From the NCBI RefSeq assembly GCF_009914755.1, contig NC_060942.1: DNA of 64,000 nt; one strand, given 5' to 3'. Below the pieces are notes generated by a model. That model ran no database searches and had not been told where the DNA came from. It worked only from the letters and a program-made list of their open reading frames with translations. A program made the translations under genes and the position numbers. Numbering within the stretch: position 1 is the first letter of the stretch; each line of letters opens with the position of its first letter. Shown in pieces: positions 49,339 through 61,906 of the stretch. Origin of the DNA: the human T2T-CHM13v2.0 reference genome, Homo sapiens.

Positions 49339-50750
49339 GGCAGCACTGTAATTGGATCTTCAAGATGTTCAGATACTCAGATGGAAAAAAAAATTATCCT
49401 TGGTCAGGTATGTATCATCTTGATAGTTTTTCTAGATAATAACAAATGTAAAGATGTTTACAAATATTAGCTTATATTGTTTTTTTTTACAGCATATATC
49501 TGGATAGCTGACTAAATATTTTACTTTATTATATTATTCAGGCATAGATATAACTATATTTTTCTCTTCAAACCAAATTCAATAATGGAATTTAAAAAGT
49601 ATTTGAAGATTATAAACACACAGAAAATAAATTTTGGTGTCCTTGTTTTTCTGTTAGGGATCTAAGAAATCTCAAGTTAATCCTTATAAAGTTTGGGTAA
49701 AAAACTTACCGAATGTACTTTAGTTAAGTACAACCAATGCATTTCAGTTGCCTGTGGCCATTATTAGCTAATGCTGATTATGCTAATGCTGGTTAACATT
49801 ATTTACAGCTCTTCAACTCTTCCAGTTTTGAATAGAGACTCCACCTGTAGTAAGAGTCAGAGCAACCTGACACAGTAAAATTATTACTTAGGCTGCAAAC
49901 TGGGCCTAGATCACAGGTTCCCCATCCTTAGTGTAGACCCACCCATCACCTTCCTCTCTGAAAGGGCTGGGATTCTAACAGGGCCAGAAAATTCTGGGAA
50001 ACTGCCCCACTGAGTGAGTTTCACTTTGTTTGCAAAGGCATTAAAATGTTCAGGTTCATCAGCCACAAGCAAATTGGATGTAATGAAAACAACAGGATCA
50101 GCACCTAGTTAAATAAGCAAGGGTATTAACAAAGATAAATTCAACTTATTCAAATTTGCATAATGAATAGTAGGTAGAATTTTGTTTATTCATATTTGAT
50201 AAACATGGGACTGATATCTATTTCTTTTATATTATATTTACAGAAAAAATTAACTTAGCTAATTGTCCACTGCCAGGAGTATCCCATCTTAACTATATTT
50301 AATGACAATTTTATATTTTTGTATTTTTAATAATAATTCCTAATGGGTCAATGATTATGTATCATTCTGGTTTGACAGTTTTCATGGAACTCACTGGTTG
50401 GTTGGCCAGTAATTTCTATAACTATTAGTAATGGGTTATTAAATCAACACAAAGACAACTAGTGGCAGTAGCGGTAGTAATTAAAATACTATTACTAATA
50501 ACAAGAATGATAGTTAACACATATTCAGTGGGTATTATGTGCCAGACATTGCTACAAGCATTTGGCAGTTATTTACTCAGTGATCATATGAGCAAATCTG
50601 TAAGTGGGTAATTTTAGTATTCTCCTTTTGAAGCTGATAGGAGTGGCCAAAGATAACCTTGATTCACAGCTAGAAAGTAAACGTTATCATCCTGTGAGAT
50701 GAAGAGCCTTAGATCATTCTACATTATGTTTGATATGTAACAAAACTTTT

Positions 50751-51070
50751 GGCTGGGTACAGAAGCTCATACTTACAATGCCAGCACCTTGGGAGGGCAG
50801 AGCCAGAGGAGTGCTTGAGCCCAGGAGATCTAGACCATCCTGAGCAACATATGGAGACCCCATCGCTATGAAAAATAACATCAAAAATAATTAGATGAGC
50901 ATGAAGGCATATGCCTATAGTCATTGGCTACTCAGAAGGCTGAGATGAGAGGACTGCTTGAGCCTTGGGAGGTCGAGGTTTCAGTGAACCATGACTGTGT
51001 CTCTTCACTACAGCCTGGGTTACAGAGAGAGATCCCATCTCAACAAAACAAAACAGAACAAAACAAAAAA
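50751..51070 (+). mobile_element. Diverged AluJ-like element in DYNAP intron 1
   Basis: Alu dimer with (CAAAA)n tail; TSD caaaactttt/aaaaactttt. Confidence 0.85.
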
Positions 51071-52046
51071 CTTTTCCACAAGATCCATAAATTCCTGAAT
51101 CTACTCCTTTCTCATGTTCACTTTATCTTATCCTTCCCCTCTTTTAACACACCCCTTCCCTAAAGTCTTTCCCTGCCAACTCAGTTGTTTTCAATCCTTA
51201 TTTACCTCTTTTTCTGAATAATTTACAATTATTGCATTTATTTGTTAATTAGACACTAACCTGTTTTGCCTCCCTGTTAGCAAATAGACTCCTTGAGAGT
51301 GGAGACCTGTATTGTTGTGGACTGTTTTTACATTGCTCTATGCCCAAGAGGAACCCAGCAAAAACATACTGCAAATTCGACAAATGATTTGTCTTCTGTG
51401 TCACTGCCATAGGCTTGCAAGTTCCATTGGATAGAGCATGGTATGAATTATGTAAAGCAGTCACTTTGTGTAAGAATTTTTCACTAGTATCATGTAGTAT
51501 AGTATATACTACATTACTGTATTAGCATAGTATGGCATAGCATAAGAATATACTATTCCTAGTATAGTGTAGTGGAGTACATGGGCCTTAACACTGGAAG
51601 GTCTGAGCTCCTGTGCTAGCTGTTGTGTCATGATGACAAATCATTTCAACTCTTTTCACTTCAATATTTTCATTTCCAAAATGACCTGAACAGGTTGTAC
51701 CCAATAAGATGCAAGGACTTCAGCTCACCATCCTCTTCCTTATAGAGGCTTCTTAATATATGCTCCACATACAGCAGCTTGCAACATAAGGATATTCGAT
51801 CCATTTATGTAATATCATGAGGAAGAGGATACACATTCCTGAACTAGAACTTTAGTAGCCTACCAAAATTAGTTAAAGTATAATATATAATAATCTGTCT
51901 AGATTTTTTTATCTTCAGGGGATAAGAAAACATTTATTCCTTTTAAAAGTCATACTCTTAGGTACTTTTGATAGAAGAATTTTATTTTAGCAACTCAACA
52001 CCATGGTTTCCTAGGCTTCCTACTCACTTCCACTCTGCCTTTGTAG

Positions 52047-52211
52047 CCAATCACACATCCAAATGACCAAGAGGCTCACAGTTCCATATGCTGGTGTCTA
52101 CCTTCAAATGATATAACCAGTGATGTCTCTCCCAACTTAACTGGGGTCTGCGTGAACCCAGGAATCCTTGCACATTCAAGATGTCTACAGTCAGAATCCT
52201 GTAACACACAG
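52047..52211 (+). CDS. DYNAP: DYNAP coding exon 2 (165 nt, phase 0/0)
   Basis: ctttgtag|cca...cag|gtaatg; PITHPNDQEAHSSICWCLPSNDITSDVSPNLTGVCVNPGILAHSRCLQSESCNTQ. Confidence 0.95.
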
Positions 52212-53160
52212 GTAATGTGTAGCACGGGAGCTTTTATTCAAGTTGGGATGTGCTCTATATGGGCATGTACTTTGCCTATTCTTTCCCAAGAAATGTACTT
52301 AATTACTTAATTCATTTATATTTGTATTAAGCATTTGCTGTATTCTCAGTATAGGTACAAGTCACTGTGAGGCAATTCACAAGAAAATAAATATTTGCTA
52401 GTCTCTGTTTTCCAAGAGCTAACATTCTAATCGGGGACTCAAACATCTATAATAGATAGAGAACATACATGAAAATCAAAGGAATAAGTGTAAGGTGCAA
52501 ATGCAAGGTTAGGGAGGGGCAGATGAATAAGAATGTTGGCAATATTAGGGTTTAATTCACCATTAGACTCTGATGGGAGACTGTCATATTTAAAGTTTCA
52601 TGGGTCCTATTCTTTTGGCGATCACCTTATTTTCTTACTCTGTGCAGCCTCCGAACCTGTGTGTGGCACTTTCTTTAGCTCCCTGGGTTCTGGCCTCTGG
52701 TGTATACGACCTTAACACAGAAACCTTACTGTTCTCTGGAGCATCTCCACTAGCTTTGGAGACCAGACTCAGCTCTCCTTGGTTCCTGACCTCATGTCCT
52801 GTAGGCTGAATGAACTTTACCTCACGACTGTATCTTTAAGTCTTCAGCCCTTGTATAGAAATTTAACATTGACTATAAATTACCAATATGGCTTGGCAGT
52901 TTGGTTTGATTCCCCAGACTCTGGAATTCCTTCCTTTCGCTGCTTAGTCTTGCTATAGAGACTCAGTAGAGAGCCTCTGAGGCTTGTTTCTTGATTCTGG
53001 ACAAAACAATATGAACTTTATACTGTTTCTGGGACAATGTGAAAGAGTAAGCTCAGTAGGATGGAGTTAGAAAATGTTTCTTCTTGTTTGCAGAGGTAAA
53101 GTAATCCATATCAATCATGGAATTGAAGGAGGTCTTCAATAACATTGAGTCTGCTAGCTC

Positions 53161-53480
53161 TTTTTTTTATTTTTATTTTTTATTTTTTTGTTTTTTTGAG
53201 GCAGGTTCTCATTCTTGTCACCTAGGCTGGAGTGCAGTGGCACAATCATGTCTCACTGCAGCTTCAACCTTCTGGGCTTAAACAATCCTCCCATCTCAGC
53301 CTGCTAAGTAGCTAGGACCACATGCATATGCCACCATGCCTGGCTAATTTTTTAATTTTTTGTAGAGTTGAGGTCTTGCCATGTAGCCCAGGTTGGTCTC
53401 AACCTCCTGGGCTCAAGGGATCCACCCGCTTCAGCCTCCCCAAATGCTAGGATTACAAGCATGAACCTCCATGTCCAGCC
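53161..53480 (-). mobile_element. AluJ-like element
   Basis: Antisense dimer with T-rich tail. Confidence 0.88.
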
Positions 53481-53483
53481 TCT

Positions 53484-53670
53484 GCTGGTTCTTAAACTTG
53501 ACTGCATATTAGAATCACCTGGGGACTGTTTAAGACCAAATCAAGTGCCTGAGCCCCACCCCAGACTAATTAAATCAGAAACTCTGGGGGGTGGGGCCCA
53601 TACAACAATGGTTTTTAAAAGCTACCCAGATGAATCTAATGTACAACTAGTGATGAGAATGACTGATCTA
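53484..53670. mobile_element. MER5A-like hAT-Charlie MITE
   Basis: ggttcttaaacttgactgcatattagaatcacctgggg...ccccacccagactaattaaatcagaaactctgggggg. Confidence 0.75.
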
Positions 53671-54339
53671 GTCCCATTAAATCATTTAACAATTAGGGAA
53701 AATATGGCTCAGGAAAGTTTAGAGAGTTGCTAGAACTCATACGGTTTTTGCCAGAAGGGGCCAAAGCAGGAGGAGAACTTAGTTTCCTTTTGTCTGATCA
53801 TGTGCATTTTATTCCACTAAAGGGCTCTTTTTAAGTTTGTGTGATGCAGTATTATAGACTCCTCTCCCAGATGTACACAAGCCTTTTTGCCACTTTCTTT
53901 TCTTGAACCTCCTTTTCAGTGCTTCCCATCAAGGAAAGAGGACGTTATTTGTCCTAGGGCTAACTTGATCTTAGTGGCCCTCATTTCCCTGGCCTTGGTG
54001 ACCATTGCCCTCATTCCCTGCTGTCTTTGTGTCATCAGGCTTTTCATGAAACTCTAGTCTTCCAACAAATACCATGGCACATATTTTGTAATGTTTCAGA
54101 CCTACTGTATTCTGTCTGAAAGGTATGAGTTTTGTATTCTATTCCTGGAAGATCTTGCTTTCATCCAGGTAATAGTGAAATAATCTGTTGGACTCCAAAG
54201 CCCTTGTTTCTAAATTCTAAATTCTATATTATACTGCATCCAAAACAAAAATAATACTTTTGAAAACTAGTGACTTTATCAATGTTATTTTTAATCTTCT
54301 CAACAACAATATGAGATGTTGTTCTCACATTAAAAAAAA

Positions 54340-54682
54340 GGTAGGGGTGAGAGAGGAAAGAATAAGAGGAATACAGAGGATTTTTTAGGGTAGTGAGACT
54401 GCTCTGCATGATACTGTAATGGTAAATACATGTCATCATATAGTTGTCCAAACCCATAGAGTGTACACCAACAAGAGTGAACCCTAAAGTAATCTGATAA
54501 TGGTATATCATTGTAGGTTCATTAATTGTAACAAATGTTCTACTCTGATGGGAGAAGTTGACAACTGGTGAGGCTGAACATGTGTGAGGGCAGGAGGGAT
54601 GTGGGAAATCTCTGTATTTCCTGCTTAGTTTTGCTGTCAACCTAAAACTGCTCTGAAAATAAAGTCTGTTAAAAAGAAAAAA
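54340..54682 (+). mobile_element. L1MC/MD-like 3' end
   Basis: gtccaaacccatagagtgtacaccaacaagagtgaaccctaa...aaactgctctgaaaataaagtc plus A-tail. Confidence 0.75.
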
Positions 54683-54920
54683 GACAAATGGAAAATAGAA
54701 TAAGAGAAGATGAGATTTTGCAAATTTGTCTTTCTTCTAATGTAAGGGACAGCAGACAATTATTTCCACCTGCATGAAAACATGGACTTCAAGCCCATCT
54801 TTCAGAGACACATAGTGACTCAAATGATGTTAACCCAATAAGTTATAAGTAATATAAAAGAGATGATAAATTACAAGCATTTTTGTTTTTCATTGCTGAT
54901 ATTTTTATATACATGCTTAG

Positions 54921-55253
54921 GTAAAAGAATATTGCCGCAATGACTGGTCTATGTGGAAAGTCTTCCTGGCTTGTCTCTTAGCCTGTGTGATAATGACAGC
55001 AATTGGAGTACTTATAATATGCTTGGTGAATAACAAAGGATCGGCCAATTCCTCCATTGTTATCCAGCTATCCACAAATGATGGAGAGTGTGTGACTGTC
55101 AAACCTGGAACACCCTCTCCTGCTTGTCCACCTACAATGACCACCACTTCAACTGTACCTGCAAGTACAGCCACTGAATCTACAACTTCAACAGCTACAG
55201 CTGCCACCACTTCCACAGAACCTATAACTGTTGCACCTACCGATCATTTATAA
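54921..55253 (+). CDS. DYNAP: DYNAP coding exon 3 (CLLAC transmembrane helix plus short Thr/Ser-rich tail)
   Basis: gcttag|gtaaaagaatat gives VKEYCRNDWSMWKVFLACLLACVIMTAIGVLIICLVNN...VAPTDHL*. The three exons sum to 45+55+110 = 210 aa, matching the DYNAP protein as I recall it. Confidence 0.96.
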   Translation, partial: VKEYCRNDWSMWKVFLACLLACVIMTAIGVLIICLVNNKGSANSSIVIQLSTNDGECVTVKPGTPSPACPPTMTTTSTVPASTATESTTSTATAATTSTEPITVAPTDHL

Positions 55254-55258
55254 TTTGA

Positions 55259-55611
55259 ACAGCCATAGCCATCACTTCAACTGAAACTTCAACCTCTACC
55301 ACTTCAACTCAGTTTGCAACTATAATAGCTACTCCTATCACTTCAAGTGGAATCATGGCTGCAGTCACTTTAACAGACTCTATAACCGTTACAACTTCAA
55401 CAAAATCAAGTCCTACTTCAACTTAAACTTACTTGACAACTCAAATAATCACCACTTCGACCATCTCTTTGACTGAATCAACAACTACATTCCCTTCAAC
55501 TGAATCTGCAACCACTTCCACTTAACCTATAACTACTGTAACTTCTACTTAGCCTACAGTAACAATGCTCATCACTCTTTTCCAACAATGTATAATCTCC
55601 ACCTATTCATC
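55259..55611 (+). other. Fossil mucin-stalk reading frame in the DYNAP 3' UTR
   Basis: In a shifted frame it reads TAIAITSTETSTSTTSTQFATIIATPITSSGIMAAVTLTDSITVTTSTKSSPTST*TYLTTQIITTSTISLTESTTTFPSTESATTST*PITTVTST*PTVT..., and resumes at 56374 after the LTR. Confidence 0.85.
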
Positions 55612-56369
55612 TGAGGACTAAGCTCTGATTTTTCATCTTGCCCAAATTCCTTTCTAAGGGGTATGGGGAGTCATGCCCTACAAACCATAAATTCTCATCA
55701 GATGGGTTTTATTTAACCCTGTATATTGTGACTTACTTTCTAATCTGACTCTGGCATAACAAGGGAAAAAAATCAAAATGTTTTACCCCAAAATATATTT
55801 CCTTGCCATACCTTGAAATTGTCCTGCAAAGTCTCTTGTGGAGAAACTCCACATTCTGTAGAGAATATCCTTTCCCCTTTGTTTTCCTTCCTTTCTTTCC
55901 AGATCCAGGAGATAATCAACTAAGAGCCAGGCACCCTTTTAGGTCTAATAAGAAACACTTTACAACCTGCTCTCTCTCTGAAGTCTGCTTTCTGAGAGAT
56001 TCCTCTGCACAATAAAACTTGATCTCCACAATCCTTTATCTTAACCTGAACATTCCTTTCCATGGATCTCAGGTCTTCAGATAAACTAAACCAATTGTCA
56101 ACCAGAACATGTTTAAATTTACCTATAGCCTGGAAGCCCCAACTTTGAGTTGTCCTGCCTTTCTGAACCAAGCCAATGTATTTCTTAAATGTATTTGATT
56201 GATGTCTCATGTCTCCCTAAAAATATATAAAACCAAACTGTACCTTAGCCACTTTGGACACATGTTCTCAGGACCTCCTGAGGGCTATGTCATGAGCCAT
56301 GGTCACTCATATTTGGCTCAGAATTAATCTCTTAAAATATTTTACAGAGTTTGACTCTTTTTGTCAACA
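55612..56369 (+). mobile_element. MER4-group solo LTR (MER4D/E-like)
   Basis: tgaggactaagctctg...tttgtcaaca; 4-bp TSD catc (55608-55611 and 56370-56373); AATAAA at 56011. Confidence 0.88.
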
Positions 56370-56574
56370 CATCCGAACCTGCAACTACAAATGCCACCAT
56401 TACCACTTAAAACTTGATAGAACTAGCATCAGTCATCAAAATAACCTGTTCTATATTAAGTTAACTTTTAGTTATCACCAGTAATACTAGCCTACAACTA
56501 CTCGCCACACTGGCTCTTCCCCAAAATTGAAATTGTACAATATGTGAGTCTAATTCTTGCTAACATAACATTAT

Positions 56575-57188
56575 TGCCTACATTAAAAGCTTCTGCAAAG
56601 CAAAGGGAATGAAATGAAAAGGCAGCCTGCAGAATAGGAGAAAATATTCGAAAATTATATATCTAATAAGTGGTTAATATCTAAAATATATCAGGCATTC
56701 ACATAACTCAATAGCAAAAAAACAAATAACCTGATTTAAAAATGGGCTAAAGATTGGAATATACATTTTCCCAAAGAGGACATACAAATGGCCAACAGGT
56801 ATGTGAAAATGTGGTTAACAGCACTAACCATCAGGGAATTTAGAGTTAAAACCACTATGAGATATCACCTCACAGCTGTTAGTTTGACTATTATCAAAAA
56901 GTAAAGAGATAACAAATGTTATTGAGGATGTGGAGAATAAGGGACCCTTGTACACTGTTGGTGAGAATGTGAATTAATAAAGCCATTATGGACAATAGTA
57001 TGGAGGTTCCTCAAAAAATTAAAAACAGAACTACCATATGATCCAACAATCCCACTGCTGGGCATGAAATCAGTGTCTTGAAGAGATATCTGCACTTCCA
57101 TGTTCACTTCAGTATTATTCACAGTAGTCAAGATATGGGACCAATCTAAGCTTCCATCAGTGAATGAATGGATAAAGAACATGTGATT

Positions 57189-57240
<52 letters not shown>

Positions 57241-58215
57241 TTGTCTATATTCAGACTTTTAAAGGCTGAATAATATTCCAATGTGTGTGTGTGTGTGTAT
57301 ACACACCATAAATTACAGCAATCAAGAGTGTTATATTGGTAAATGGAAAGAAGCATAGATCAATGGACCAGAATAGAGAATCTAGAAAGAGATCTACAAA
57401 CATATGGTCAATTCAACTTTGACAAATGTCCAAAGGCAATTCAGTGGGAAAAGAATAGTCTTTTCAATAGTTGGTGCTGAACAATTGAGCAATCTTATAT
57501 ACATACATACATATGTACATGTGTATATAAAGTATATGTACACACATGTACATATGTGTATATATATATACACACAATTTATATATATATGCACACAATT
57601 TATCATATATATGATACATATATACTATATATGTATGCACGATGGAATACTATTCAGCTTTTATAAAGACGAAAGCCTGACATTTGCAACAACATGAATT
57701 AACTTGGAGTCTATTATGCTAAATAACATAGACCAGACACAGAAAGACAAATATTGCTTGATATTACTTACATGTGGAATCTAAACTAGTCAAACTTAGA
57801 GAAACAGAGAGTAGAAAGGTGGTTGCCAGTGGATGGCGGATAGAGAAAATAGGCAGATACGGGTCAAAGGGTACAAACTATCAGTTATAAGATGAATAAG
57901 TTCCAGAGATCTAATGGACAGTATGGTATCTATAGTTAATAATAATGTATTGCATACTTGAAAATTGCTAAGGTAATAGATCTCAAGTGTTCCCAACACA
58001 AACACAAGAAAAATGATAATTATGTCAGGTGAAAAAATATGTTAATTAGCTCAATTGCGGGAATCATTACAAAGGTATACTTATATGAAAACACCATATT
58101 GTATTCCTGGGAATTGCTGTGTTTATGAAAAAAAATAAAACATGTTTTCCACCATAAGTATATAAAATATACAAATTTTTCATCAATCATATCTTAATCT
58201 TTAAAAAATAAATAT
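56575..58215 (+). mobile_element. L1MA-like ORF2 end and 3' UTR with internal microsatellite and insertion
   Basis: aaaagcttctgcaaagcaaaggg...atggccaacaggtatgtgaaaatg...atggaggttcctcaaaaaattaaaaacagaactaccatatgatcc; the 3' UTR runs to an A-rich end. Confidence 0.8.
57305..57519 (+). repeat. ~215-bp near-identical direct copy of 58758-58970
   Basis: accataaattacagcaatcaaga...gttggtgctgaacaattg...catatgtaca occurs twice with about ten differences. Confidence 0.95.
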
Positions 58216-58289
58216 CAAAAAAGAAATATATTAATATATCAGTAAATATAATAAAAATAGATTATATTCTCCACCAATAAAAATAAAAA

Positions 58290-59560
58290 ATAAGAGAATC
58301 CATAGAATCTTCAAAATAGCTTCTACAATTAACAAGTTGAGTAAAGGTGTAGGATGTAAAGTCAACAGACAAAAATCAATTGTATTTCTGTGTACTATTA
58401 GAGTTGCTAGTACCATTTACAATAGCACAAAACATGATATGCATAGATATAAATCTAACTGAATATGTGCAAGAGCTATCTGCTGAAAACTACAAAGCAC
58501 TTTTGAAAGAAATCAGAGAAGACCTAAATAGAGAAATATACTGTGTTAATGGATTGGAAGAGTCAATGTTGAGATGTTCAGATTTCTCCACATTGGTCTG
58601 GAGTTTCAGTGTAATCCCAATCAAAATATCAGGAATATTTTCTGTGAAATCAAGAAACTGGTTTTAAACTTTATGTGGAAATGGGAAGGAACTAGAATAG
58701 CTAAAACAATTCTGAAAAAGAAAAGCTGAAAGAATCACAGTAATGATTTCAAGACTTACCATAAATTACAGCAATCAAGAATGTTTTATTGGTAAGTGGA
58801 AAGAAGCATAGATCAATGGACCAGAATAGAGAATCTAGAAAGAGATCTACAAACATATGGTTAATTCAACTTTGACAAATGTCCAAAGGCAATTCAGTGA
58901 GAAAAGAATAGTCTTCAATAGTTGGTGCTGAACAATTGGGCAATTTTATACACATACACACATATGTACAACTGTCTAATTTTTCAGTGTATGTAAATAT
59001 GCATATCTTTTAAAAAGATCCTTGACTCATGCTTCCCACACTTTCAAAAAGTAACTCAAGATAGATTATAGACCTAAATGTAAAACCTAGGACTAGGAAA
59101 TTTCTATAAGAAAACATAAGAGAAAATCTTTGTGGTCTTTGGTTTGGCAAACATTTCTTGTATTTGATAACAAAAGCACAATTCATAAAAGAAAATATTA
59201 TAAATTGACTCCACCAAAATTAGTAACTTTTCCTCCTCAAAAAACACTCTCAGTAAAATGAAAATTTGACCTACAAATTGGGAAAAATATTTACAAAATA
59301 TCTAACACTGGACTTATAGCTAGAATATATGCAGAATTCATACCAATAGACAAAAAGACAACCTATTAAAATAAGCGAATGATTTGAACAGACAATTCAT
59401 CAAAGAAAACATATGCATGGCAAGTAACTACACAAAATGATGCTCATCATTATTAGTCATTAAAACCACAGTGAGACATACTGCACTATTATAATAGTTA
59501 AAAAAAAACAAAACAAACCAAAATAAGAAACCTTGACGGTAAAAACTACTGAACAGCAAG
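58290..59560 (+). mobile_element. Older L1M ORF2 fragment
   Basis: Degenerate ORF2 (NLTEYVQELSAENYKALLKEIREDLN) and tagacctaaatgtaaaacct motifs. Confidence 0.75.
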
Positions 59561-60665
59561 TGCTAGCAAGGAGCAGAGCAGAGTGGCTGGAACTGATTAG
59601 CACTGCTGGTGGGAAGGAAGGAAAGCATGAAAACAGGGAGGAAGGAGAGAAGGAAGAAAGTTGGTTCATTGGTTGGAGTAACCTTACCAGCAGGGTTTAA
59701 AGGGACCTTACTGGAATCTACTTAAGAAAGCCATGGCAACATCCCCCGATGGCAGCATCTGTGAGGCTCTTAAAGGTAGGAAGAGAATCTGAGTAACCTT
59801 AGCTACAGATAAAGGAGCATGGGGTTAATGAAGGGGCAGAAGTATTTGACCTTGTCAGCCTCTGGGGTAAGGAAAAGACTCCTGGATATGTTGAGATTGC
59901 TGGTAGTGCTAAGGACATTAGTAGAGTTTAACAGGGTCTTCAGCTACAGAGGGGCTGGAGTGAAGCTGAATACAGCACCCACCCCAAAAATTGTACATGC
60001 CCCTCATACAGTGAAGACCATATGGGTATAGCCCACCAGCAAAGGGTGAAGCTGTCTGGAATCACAGCTAAACCACTTTTGCCTTTGTTATCCTTCTTCC
60101 CTGCTCCCAACTGGTGGGAGCTAGAGTTTATAAGAGAGAAGGGGAAGAGGTGACTCAGATAAAAGATTCCCACACCCACTATGATCTGTGCGCTATCCTT
60201 GGTACATCCTCAGTATCTTAGAGATACTGGAGAAAATAATATGGACCCAGATGGAGAAAGGAAGGAAATGAGTAGTGAATTGAATTTGAGATTAAAGGAT
60301 TTGTTTTTATTTTTATTTTAGTTGGTCAAGATTGGGGCCTAAATGCCAAAATAAGACTGTTAATAACAAAAGAAAGAAAAATTATAGACTGGCTAAAGTG
60401 TCATTAAGCACTGTGTTACCCATTGGCAAGGAGGGACTCAACATTGTATAGTTTTGATAAAATATATACCTAATTCATGTGTAAATTATACAAGCTTAGA
60501 TTCCCCAATACATGGTTAGCTACACTAGTGGATATTTTTAGCTATTAGAATAATCTAAGTTAATCACAAAAGCTATGTACATTGAAAATCCCATTAGCTG
60601 AAACTTTAATTTCAGAAATTGGGCTAACCCATAATTAAATTTATAAAATATATTGATTTTACCTC

Positions 60666-60966
60666 TTTTTAAAAACTCATTTGAGACAGGGTCTCATTCT
60701 GTCACCCAGGCTGGAATGCAGTGGCACGTTTGTGGCTCACTGCAGCCTTGACTTCCTGTGCTCAAGTGGTCCTCTCACCTCAGCCTCCTGAGTAGCTGGG
60801 ATCAGAGGCATGTGCCAGCATGCCCAGCCAATTTTTTTGTATTTTTTGTAGAGATGGGGTCTCACCATGCTGCTCAGGCTGGTCTTAAACTCCTGGGCTC
60901 AAGCGGTCTACCTGCTTCGGCCTCCCAAAGTGCTGGGATTACAGACATGAGCCCCCGCACCCAGTC
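60666..60966 (-). mobile_element. AluJ-like element
   Basis: tgagacagggtctcattctgtcacccaggctggaatgcagtggc...gagcccccgcacccagtc. Confidence 0.88.
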
Positions 60967-61218
60967 TTCTTTTTTATTTATTTATTTTTTAATAATGTAA
61001 TCTTTTTTAAAATTTTATTTTTTTATTTCAAAAGGTTTTTGGGGAACAGGTGGTGTTTGGTTACACAAAAAGTTTTTCTTTTCTTAAATATTTATTGAAC
61101 TCCTGCTGTGTGCCAGATACTGTTCTTTATTTTAAAAAATTTTTTTTGATTTCCATAGGTTATTGGGGAACAGGTGGTATCAAAAAGATAATCCACCACG
61201 ATCAAGTGGGTTTCATAC

Positions 61219-61906
61219 AGGAAACAGAGCAAGCTATTTCTCAGAGGCAACTAGATTGCATAGACCCACGATATTCATTCCAATTGTTTGTTTTTCCTAC
61301 TAATCATTCCCCAACAGAATTAACAGGACAGATGGCCCCAGGGCTACGCTTCCTAGAGTGGGTTTTTTGCTCATATACCGGGACCAAAACACTATCTCGC
61401 TATGTCCAGCTAGTTAGTAAAGTCATCTATACAGGCTGCAGATGATGCAAATAATTGCTAGGTTATGACCCTGATGTCATAAGAATTCCCTTAAGTAAAA
61501 AACAATTCAAAGCAGTCCTGCTCCTACCTCTAGACCCTCAGGATAGCACTCTCTGATTATGCGGGCTGTATAGAACATGGCCTTCCTGCTGACAAACTAC
61601 TTCAGTTCTTATCTCATATTCCTGTAGCTATGCCTACAAAGGTAGTTCACACCCCCATACCTAACGCTTTAATGCTTTTTACCGATGGCTCTGGTAAAAA
61701 TGGAAAAGCAGCTGTCTGGTGGGAACCACATAACTCCCTCACTCTATCTGGATTTACTAGCACTCAAAGAGCTGAGGTTGGAGCCCTAATATTAGCCGTA
61801 GAAACCTTTTCCACTCAGCATATCAATATTGTTAGTGACTGCTTACTCTGTTTATTTATTACAGAACCTTGAGACAGCCCTCATTAAGTCCACTCTTGAG
61901 CCCACC
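61219..61906 (+). mobile_element. HERV-K (HML-5/HERVK22-like) pol connection-RNase H fragment, inverted relative to the rest
   Basis: ETEQAISQRQLDCIDP...LEWVF and MLFTDGSGKNGKAAV...STQRAEVGALILAVETF...INIVSD are betaretroviral RNase H motifs. Confidence 0.85.
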
